The notes beneath the pieces were generated by a model that saw only the letters and a list, made by a program, of their open reading frames with translations, was not told where the DNA came from and searched no databases. Both the position numbers and the translations under genes were made by a program. A stretch of 32,000 nucleotides of DNA from Candidatus Arsenophonus nilaparvatae str. Hanzhou (GTDB lineage: Bacteria > Pseudomonadota > Gammaproteobacteria > Enterobacterales > Enterobacteriaceae), in assembly GCF_000757905.1 (NCBI RefSeq), contig NZ_JRLH01000018.1, one strand, 5' to 3'. Numbering within the stretch: position 1 is the stretch's first letter; each line of letters opens with the position of its first letter. Positions 25,351 to 32,000 of this stretch are shown here, one piece after another.

Positions 25351-26921
25351 TATGATTTCTCGGGCTTGATTTGCTCAAATGCAATTTCTGTCGATATAGG
25401 TGAAAACGGAATATAACCCAATTGTGGACGAGAAATGGACATCAGTGATATATAACTAATTGGTAGATAAACAGCTGAATGATGTAATCGAGTCAGTACA
25501 TCGGCATATAGCATTTTACGCTGTTGTTCATCTGTTGTTGTCAGGATCTGGGTGATTTCACTATCAATTATCTTTTTGTCGGGCAAACCTAATTGAGCTT
25601 GATAGTCAGCATGTGAAGGAACCCGCATCGAGCTCATAAAAGCGTGTGGATCGTAAGGCGCACCCCAGGTGCGATTAAAAATCATGCTAAAACGGCCATC
25701 GCGTTGACGGGCATAAAAGCTGCTTTCTTCTTCGCCAATTAGTCTTGTATCTACCCCAATTTGCCATAAGTTAGCCTGAATAACTTCAGCCATTGTTTTA
25801 TTGAGGGCGTCGGTTGCAATAAAAGCAAGTTCAACTGTTAGCGGTTTGCCTTCCTTTTCGCGGATTGTTTTACCTACCGGTAATATCCAGCCAGCACTAT
25901 CTAATATTGCTTTAGCTTTCTGCGGATCATACTCTCTGGCCGTGAGCTTGATATTCGCATAAGGTACCGATGGGGCAAACAGGGTATTGGCTACTTTTTG
26001 GGTAGAATAAAATGTATTGGCGATCAGCTTTTTTTTATCAATAGCATGATTAAGTGCTTCCCGTACCGCTAACTCTTTAGTTGGTGTTCGAGCGGAGTTT
26101 AGAGCTAGCATCACCGTTTCAATCGGCGCAGAAAGCTGGGTATGGTACTTTGGATTATGGCTAAATCGTGCAAAAGTTTCGGGTGGTAATAGCCCTTCAT
26201 TACCATATAGTAATTCGATATCGCCAGCTTCAAATGCGACGGCGCGGCTAGTTGGATCGGGGATCACTTTAATAGTTATTTTTTCTAGCGCCGGTTTTTT
26301 GCCCCAGTATCGATCATTACGTAGCAGAATATCATATTGATTAAGTTTTGATGTCTGTAACTTCCATGGTCCAGTACCAATTGGCGCTATGATACCATCC
26401 ATAGTTTCATGTTTTTTAAACTGCGAAGGTGCGATAAAACGAAAAGGGCGAGGTAAAGATAGCTCCTGTAGGAAAGGGTAATAAGCGCTTTTCAGCGTAA
26501 TTTGTAACTCAGTGTTATTTAACGCTTTAACATTGGTTATCTGGTTAGTTAATTCTAGCCAAGCATGACGTTGGCGGTTATTGAGAATAGCCCGAAAGTT
26601 TTTTTCGACTGCCTGCGCGTTAAAAGGTTCACCGTTAGAAAACTTGACGTCATCGCGTAAGGTAAAAATCCACACTCTGCCATCTGAGGAATGCTGCCAA
26701 CTTTTTGCAAGCCAAGGTTTTACTTGCCCATTAGCTTGGTATTTAACCAAGGGCTCATAAATCATACTTTGGGCAAACATCTGGTTTGGGGTGTAGAGGT
26801 GTGGATTAAGTGGTCCTACATTAACTGGCCAGGCAATATTTAATTCTTTATTGGAAGCCGCATAGATGTATAGCGAAGTACAACTAAGCAAGATAATTAA
26901 CGTGCGGCGTACGATAGACAA
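25350..26921 (-). CDS. nikA: Nickel-binding periplasmic protein NikA
   Basis: 523 aa. Long near-identical blocks to E. coli NikA as recalled: [91 protein letters not shown]. The start codon is TTG with RBS GAGGA. Confidence 0.92.
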   Translation of the reverse strand: MSIVRRTLIILLSCTSLYIYAASNKELNIAWPVNVGPLNPHLYTPNQMFAQSMIYEPLVKYQANGQVKPWLAKSWQHSSDGRVWIFTLRDDVKFSNGEPFNAQAVEKNFRAILNNRQRHAWLELTNQITNVKALNNTELQITLKSAYYPFLQELSLPRPFRFIAPSQFKKHETMDGIIAPIGTGPWKLQTSKLNQYDILLRNDRYWGKKPALEKITIKVIPDPTSRAVAFEAGDIELLYGNEGLLPPETFARFSHNPKYHTQLSAPIETVMLALNSARTPTKELAVREALNHAIDKKKLIANTFYSTQKVANTLFAPSVPYANIKLTAREYDPQKAKAILDSAGWILPVGKTIREKEGKPLTVELAFIATDALNKTMAEVIQANLWQIGVDTRLIGEEESSFYARQRDGRFSMIFNRTWGAPYDPHAFMSSMRVPSHADYQAQLGLPDKKIIDSEITQILTTTDEQQRKMLYADVLTRLHHSAVYLPISYISLMSISRPQLGYIPFSPISTEIAFEQIKPEKS

Positions 26922-26955
26922 AATTTTTTCCTCAGTGGGTAAATCGTTAATGGAG

Positions 26956-26983
26956 GTATGTAGATTTTAATAATTCATCATAC
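26956..26983. promoter_or_regulatory. NikR-type operator GTATGT-N16-TCATAC upstream of nikA
   Basis: Read directly. It differs at one position from the E. coli nik operator consensus GTATGA-N16-TCATAC (recalled), with exactly 16 nt spacing. It lies 35-62 nt upstream of the nikA start. Confidence 0.6.
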
Positions 26984-27216
26984 TTCTGGATTGAGCTGGA
27001 TCAAAGTGGGCGACTAATCGGCGTGGTTAAAACTTGGAATTGGTAGTGATGTTAGTACTTTTAATATGATATATGGTATGTATAATAATTAGTTATATAA
27101 AATTCTATAAATATTGAATAACAAATTAATATCGCCATTAGCTTAGTTGAAACCTTCCTAAAATAGTTATCAATAATTTCATTTGTTATAAAAGGACTAT
27201 TTTTTCACCAAAACTA

Positions 27217-27241
27217 ATATTACATTATAACATAACATTTT
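27217..27241. promoter_or_regulatory. Zur-box-like AT-rich element upstream of the TonB-dependent receptor
   Basis: ATATTACATTATAACATAACATTTT. The right half CATAACATTTT matches the gammaproteobacterial Zur consensus half TATAACATTTC (recalled) at 9/11, and the left half at 6/11. It lies 43-67 nt upstream of ATG 27284. Confidence 0.35.
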
Positions 27242-27283
27242 GGTGGAATTAAATAGCACTCGTTTATAGGAAATGTAAACAAA

Positions 27284-29371
27284 ATGAAGAAAATTTTATT
27301 GTCCAGTTTGGCAACAGCAATTGGGATGGCTATTTCATCTGATGTTATGGCAGATGAAAAACTAAGTACGGAAAAAATGAACAAGGATGTTATTGTTGTA
27401 AAAACAAATCCATTAAATCGTTCTTCTTTATTGATGACAACGCCAACTAAGGTTTTGTCAGGGGAGGAATTAACGCAGCAAAGTAAAGCTTCTATTGCCG
27501 AAACATTAGAGGAAATACCCGGTATTAGTGGTAGCCATTTTGGTGCTGGTGCAATAAAACCGATTATTCGTGGCATGTCGGGCGCACGCGTTAAAGTACT
27601 GAATGATGGCATTGATGTACTCGATGCTTCGATTGCTGGACCTGATCATGCGATCACCAGCGAACCTCTATTAGCTAATCGAATTGAAGTTTTAAAAGGA
27701 CCGGCAACATTACTTTATGGCGGTGGGGCGATTGGTGGTGTTATCAATGTGCTAGATGCTCGGATCCCGACTTCAGTACCAGATAAAGGTTATGCAGGGC
27801 AAATCAATCTACGGGCGAATAGTATCGCTAATGAAAATACTGGAGCTGTCGGGTTAACATTAGGTAAAGAGAATTTTGCGTTACGATTGGAAGGATTAAA
27901 ACGTCATACTCAAGATTATCGTATGCCAAAGCGAGCCGGTGAACTAGATTCTTATCGTTTGCAGGGTTCCTATAATCGAACTAATAATTTTAATATCGGT
28001 GCCAGTTGGATTGGGGACAAAGGCTATATTGGCTTGGCCTACGGTATTCAACATAATGAATATGGTTTACCGGGACATAGCCATGCTCATTGCCATGAAC
28101 ATAGCTCTTCAGGCAATTGGCATTGTGAGAAAGATGATCATACGCATCATCATGGACATTCTCATGGGCACTCTCATGCACACGATCATCAGCATCATCA
28201 TAGTCATGGTGTCCCTTTTGTGAATATGAAACAGCAACGTTGGGAAATTCGTGGCGAATATGAGGATCCATTTAGCGGTTTTGAACGTATCCGACTACGT
28301 GCAGCACATACGGATTATACTCATGATGAGATTGAAGGTCGAACAGTTGAAACGACATTTGATAATAAAGCAACAGAGGGGCGGTTAGAATTAACCCATG
28401 CACCCATTTGGGGTTGGCGTGGGGTAATGGGTGGACAGTTTACTCAGCGCAATTTTTCAGCTGAAGGCTTAGAAGCTTATGTTCCTGCTACTTTAACGCG
28501 AAATCAGGCACTTTTTTTAATTGAGGAATTTGAAGCCGGCCCGTTGCGTTATGAATTAGGCGTTCGTCATGAGTGGCAAAAAATTGATGTAACAAAAGGT
28601 AGTCGTTCTCGCCAACATGGTGGCACTTCCGGATCGGCAGGTGTAACATGGACATTAGCACCTGAGTATGCATTGACAGCTTCATTATCCCATTCTAAAC
28701 GTTTACCTATTGCTGAAGAACTTTATGCCAATGGGATCCATGCCGCAACAAGAACGATTGAAACCGGTAATGAGCATCTTAAGGCTGAATCAGCAACTAA
28801 TATTGACATTGGTTTTACCAAATTTGCTGGTGATTTCCAATTTGGCCTAAATACTTACTATAACTATATTGATGGATATATTTATGGCAAAGATGCAGGT
28901 TATTCACCGGGCGGCGGTTATCGCCATCTACACTATGTTCAGCAAGATGCCGTTTTTAATGGGCTAGAAGCTGAAGCATCTTATCAACTTACTGATAATA
29001 CCAAGTTCGCGGTCCAAGGGGATATTGTGAACGCCAAGCTTCGTAGTGGAGGCTATTTGCCGCGTATTCCGGCTTATCGTGTTTCGGCTACCATTGAACA
29101 TCAATGGTTTGAATCTTTAACTGGAAGATTACGATTTACTCATGTTGGTAGCCAACATAAAACAGCGCAATATGAAACACCAACAGCCGGTTATAATCGA
29201 GTTGATGTTGGTTTGACCTGGCAAAATCGTTTAAATGACTTGGATTATATGTTGTATGGGCGCATTGAGAATCTATTTAATAGCGCAGCCCGGGATCATA
29301 CCTCGTATATTAAAAATGAAATGTATTTGCCTGGTCGTAATTTTGTCATCGGGGCAAGTTTATCTTTCTAA
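27284..29371 (+). CDS. TonB-dependent outer-membrane receptor with a His-rich extracellular loop (ZnuD-like metal receptor)
   Basis: 695 aa with a signal peptide. Plug-domain motifs are present (IPGISGSHFGAGAIKPIIRGMSGARVKVLNDGI). A 46-residue segment GHSHAHCHEHSSSGNWHCEKDDHTHHHGHSHGHSHAHDHQHHHSHG has 20 His and 2 Cys (nt ~28072-28210). The C-terminus is beta-barrel-like and ends in ...GASLSF. Confidence 0.9.
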   Translation: MKKILLSSLATAIGMAISSDVMADEKLSTEKMNKDVIVVKTNPLNRSSLLMTTPTKVLSGEELTQQSKASIAETLEEIPGISGSHFGAGAIKPIIRGMSGARVKVLNDGIDVLDASIAGPDHAITSEPLLANRIEVLKGPATLLYGGGAIGGVINVLDARIPTSVPDKGYAGQINLRANSIANENTGAVGLTLGKENFALRLEGLKRHTQDYRMPKRAGELDSYRLQGSYNRTNNFNIGASWIGDKGYIGLAYGIQHNEYGLPGHSHAHCHEHSSSGNWHCEKDDHTHHHGHSHGHSHAHDHQHHHSHGVPFVNMKQQRWEIRGEYEDPFSGFERIRLRAAHTDYTHDEIEGRTVETTFDNKATEGRLELTHAPIWGWRGVMGGQFTQRNFSAEGLEAYVPATLTRNQALFLIEEFEAGPLRYELGVRHEWQKIDVTKGSRSRQHGGTSGSAGVTWTLAPEYALTASLSHSKRLPIAEELYANGIHAATRTIETGNEHLKAESATNIDIGFTKFAGDFQFGLNTYYNYIDGYIYGKDAGYSPGGGYRHLHYVQQDAVFNGLEAEASYQLTDNTKFAVQGDIVNAKLRSGGYLPRIPAYRVSATIEHQWFESLTGRLRFTHVGSQHKTAQYETPTAGYNRVDVGLTWQNRLNDLDYMLYGRIENLFNSAARDHTSYIKNEMYLPGRNFVIGASLSF

Positions 29372-29389
29372 ATTTCAGGGGGAATTGGT

Positions 29390-30148
29390 TTGGTATCAAC
29401 ACTATTTAGTCATATTGAAATGATCCAAGGCAATAATCCTTGGGGCAAAGTATTAGATGCGGGTTCAGGCATTAATTCACTAAGCTGGATAAGCCAGCTT
29501 AAGAGTGAAAGTTGGACCGCAGTGACTTGTGCAATTAATATGAAAGCTGATATTCAGCAAATTATTTCAACTAAGCAAAGACCTCAGGATCGTCTTTTAT
29601 TAGGTAATTGGGCTGATAGTGATTTTATGGTTAATGAGCGATTTGATACCGTTATTGCTGACTATTTATTAGGTGCGGTAGACGGTTTTGTGCCTTACTG
29701 GCAAATACCTTTATTGTACCGTTTAAAATCATTAACCCTTAATCGGTTATATTTTACTGGCTTAGAGCCTTACGTGCCTTACAATGCAAGTTGTCGAGCG
29801 GGGCATCTTGTGGTAAGTATTGGCCGTTTACGTGACGCGTGTTTATTACTTGCTGGTGAACGTCCGTATCGAGAATATCCAGCCGATTGGGTGATCTATC
29901 ATTTACAACAAATGGGATTTGAAATAGTAGATTTAAAACATTATCCAATTAATTACGGTCACAATTGGTTGATAGGTCAAATGGAAATGTGTCGCCAGCG
30001 GATCGGTAGGCTCGTTGATCGACAATTATCGATGACTATGCTTGAGCATATTAATCAATTAGAACAACAGGCACTGGTATGTATTGCTCAACAAGGAAGC
30101 TTAAAACATGGGGCAGATTATGTGATTTCCGCTAAATTAGCAAAATAA
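29390..30148 (+). CDS. Class I SAM-dependent methyltransferase-like protein
   Basis: 252 aa. TTG start 6 nt after AGGGGGA, 18 nt after the receptor stop. Motif I-like KVLDAGSGINS and motif II-like FDTVIADYLL are present. ATG 29420 is an alternative start. Confidence 0.55.
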   Translation: MVSTLFSHIEMIQGNNPWGKVLDAGSGINSLSWISQLKSESWTAVTCAINMKADIQQIISTKQRPQDRLLLGNWADSDFMVNERFDTVIADYLLGAVDGFVPYWQIPLLYRLKSLTLNRLYFTGLEPYVPYNASCRAGHLVVSIGRLRDACLLLAGERPYREYPADWVIYHLQQMGFEIVDLKHYPINYGHNWLIGQMEMCRQRIGRLVDRQLSMTMLEHINQLEQQALVCIAQQGSLKHGADYVISAKLAK

Positions 30149-30374
30149 AATTTTATTGGCATAATATACTAATAAATGAAAACTGGAGACTGTTTATATT
30201 AACAAAATGGCGATAATTTAATATTGAATTTTATTGTAAAAATACTTATGACCTATTCTCCCTGTCATATTGAGCAAATAAAATAGATAACATTAACCAG
30301 GGTTAAAATATTGCCATTTACTAGCTGTTGCCATAAATATCAATTTTATTTATTTTGTCTGTTAATCGCGTCCT

Positions 30375-30406
30375 ATAAAGTACCGTAATCTATTACGGTA
30401 CTTTAT
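30375..30406. terminator. Strong hairpin: 15-nt perfect inverted repeat ATAAAGTACCGTAAT / ATTACGGTACTTTAT
   Basis: Read directly. It lies between convergent genes (stops at 30148 on + and 30444 on -). Confidence 0.6.
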
Positions 30407-30443
30407 GCGATTTATCTTATTTTGGCTTAAATGTAACTGTAAA

Positions 30444-30821
30444 TTAGCCACATGTTTCGGGTGAAAAATCTTTATGTCCTCTACCTTCATAGCATTTAAT
30501 TAATACATCTTGAGGTTTTTCTAAGATCCATTTGTCATCTTTAAGGATAAAAGTAAAAATGGTTTTGATTGCTTCGACAGAATCATCTAAAAGGCCAGAC
30601 TCTACAATGCTCACTTCCACTGAATCAGGAGATTCAACACGATTAGTACGTTGAGTAATAACAACATTACTAACATCAGGCTGGAAACTATTTCCCATCA
30701 TTTTAATTGCTAATGGGATTGGTTTATTTTCATTATCTGACATAGTTGTTTCTGTTTGCTTATCACAAGCAGCTAATAATAAACAGGAAGAAAGAGCGAT
30801 CGTTAATTTTAATCTATTCAT
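30444..30821 (-). CDS. Lipoprotein of unknown function
   Basis: 125 aa. Signal peptide with lipobox (CLLLAAC-DKQ). Confidence 0.7.
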   Translation of the reverse strand: MNRLKLTIALSSCLLLAACDKQTETTMSDNENKPIPLAIKMMGNSFQPDVSNVVITQRTNRVESPDSVEVSIVESGLLDDSVEAIKTIFTFILKDDKWILEKPQDVLIKCYEGRGHKDFSPETCG

Positions 30822-31437
30822 TTTTAACCTTTATTTTTGTGAAATTCACTATCGATTATAAATTAAATAGCAATATTTATCATAGTATATTAATCTGAAA
30901 TTTTGTTACTTATATAGTGTTTTCTAAATTATTTGGTTATTGATAGTTAGGACTAAGGAATATTTGTTATTTATGATAATATCAATCCTATTTTTTAATT
31001 AATAAGAATTGATGCAATCTCATTAGAAAGAGGATATTGAGATATCTATAATACAGTTGTTACTAACAATCTATAGAATTTTCAAGTTACTTGGTTATTA
31101 GTGGCGTTTTTATCATTTACAGATATAAAAACTGATTATTAATGATTAAGGGGTAATAATTGAAAATCAATAAAACATTATAGAATAACTTTATTCCATG
31201 TTGGAATAACATCTAGCGGTTAGAGTAATATTTACATAATATAAAAATTAATATAAATTTTTTATTTAAAACTATGAGTGAATAAATTTTTTAATAAAAT
31301 TATTTGTATTAATAAATTATGTTATTATCAAATTTTATTAATGTTATTTGAAATATAATTTTGCGATGATTAGCAAATAATCGTAATTATTAAAACAGAG
31401 ATAATATACTTTTTCTTATTCAAGAGTCATCTCTAAT

Positions 31438-31644
31438 TTAGTTAGATAAATGTGGAACATTATTTGTGATTTCGAGGGTGGTATCAAGGATATCTGTCAT
31501 TATATTTTCAACAGCAGAGTTTAAACCTGTATTAGTAGTTATATCCGTGTCTTTTGTATTGTCATTTGATATATCAGTTGTGGCATGGCCAAAATTAATA
31601 CTAAAAATAGAGATAATTGCTAAAGTTTTCAATAACCCTATCAT
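31438..31644 (-). CDS. Small secreted protein (hypothetical)
   Basis: ATG 31644 is preceded by GGAGGA at a 7-nt spacing. Signal-peptide-like MIGLLKTLAIISIFSINFGHA is followed by a Thr/Asp/Asn-rich mature part. The longer track start at 31704 lacks an RBS. Confidence 0.45.
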   Translation of the reverse strand: MIGLLKTLAIISIFSINFGHATTDISNDNTKDTDITTNTGLNSAVENIMTDILDTTLEITNNVPHLSN

Positions 31645-31857
31645 AAAATTATCCTCCAATGATAAATGAAAATGATGATTAATTATGCGCCATTTTTTTA
31701 ACATTGCAATAACATTTATGAAGTGTTATAAATCTGATTTATATAAATGAATTTATTGTATTTTATATCTATTTTGCTGTTTTATCTTATTAACAAATAG
31801 CGTATTTGCTGGTTTAAATATTACAGTAAAGTTTATTTGAAGGGATTGACTATAAAG

Positions 31858-32000
31858 ATGAAAAATTATCATATGAAAATATTTTTACCATTAAATTTTT
31901 TATTTTTACTTATTTCTGGCTGTAATATTATTCAACATGAACCAGTACCTGATACGTCTATTGAAAAAATTACGCCGGCGGTAAGAAAAAATTGTGGAAT
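31858..32000 (+). CDS. Lipoprotein, 5' part only (runs off the window)
   Basis: Hand translation: MKNYHMKIFLPLNFLFLLISGCNIIQHEPVPDTSIEKITPAVRKNCG. It has a lipobox (LISGC). It is absent from the ORF track because no stop lies in the window. Confidence 0.5.
   Translation, partial: MKNYHMKIFLPLNFLFLLISGCNIIQHEPVPDTSIEKITPAVRKNCG

Noticed and set aside
27990-28271. ORFs 27990-28271 (-) and 27999-28223 (+) within the receptor gene.
   Set aside because: These are alternative-frame or antisense artefacts of the CAT/CAC-rich His-loop coding region. The 695-aa TonB-dependent receptor frame explains the sequence.

Overview
This is an AT-rich gammaproteobacterial chromosomal segment. Host genes include galE, a CDF transporter, a Usp protein, ecotin, nikABCDE, a His-rich TonB-dependent receptor and several lipoproteins. 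The species cannot be determined from the sequence alone.

The main feature is an ~8.5 kb filamentous (Inoviridae) prophage at about 826-9322. Its gene order matches Ff/M13: gII with nested gX, a gV-position gene, a small coat protein, gVIII, gIII, gVI, gI (Zot-like) and a gIV secretin. It also carries a divergent XRE repressor and a small LuxR-type regulator.

The prophage sits inside an S8 subtilase gene. The Asp/His half of that gene is at 163-843 and the Asn/Ser half at 9312-9989. Both junctions carry dif-like XerC/XerD sites arranged like an unfolded CTXphi-type forked-hairpin attP. The right end also has 3.9 perfect 52-bp tandem repeats, each with a copy of the XerC-type arm. Phage gene I is interrupted by an in-frame TAA, after which the frame stays open up to the gIV start.

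Other notable content:
- An orphan HExxH metalloprotease in an AT-rich island.
- A 1256-bp IS3-family element with an A7G frameshift site that truncates a RelE/HigB-type toxin-antitoxin module.
- A decayed gene with two homopolymer frameshifts and one nonsense codon.
- A near-canonical NikR operator upstream of nikA.
- A Zur-box-like site upstream of a ZnuD-like receptor, which is followed by a methyltransferase-like gene.

No rRNA, tRNA or CRISPR was recognised. All similarity statements are from reading the translations and from memory, not from database searches.
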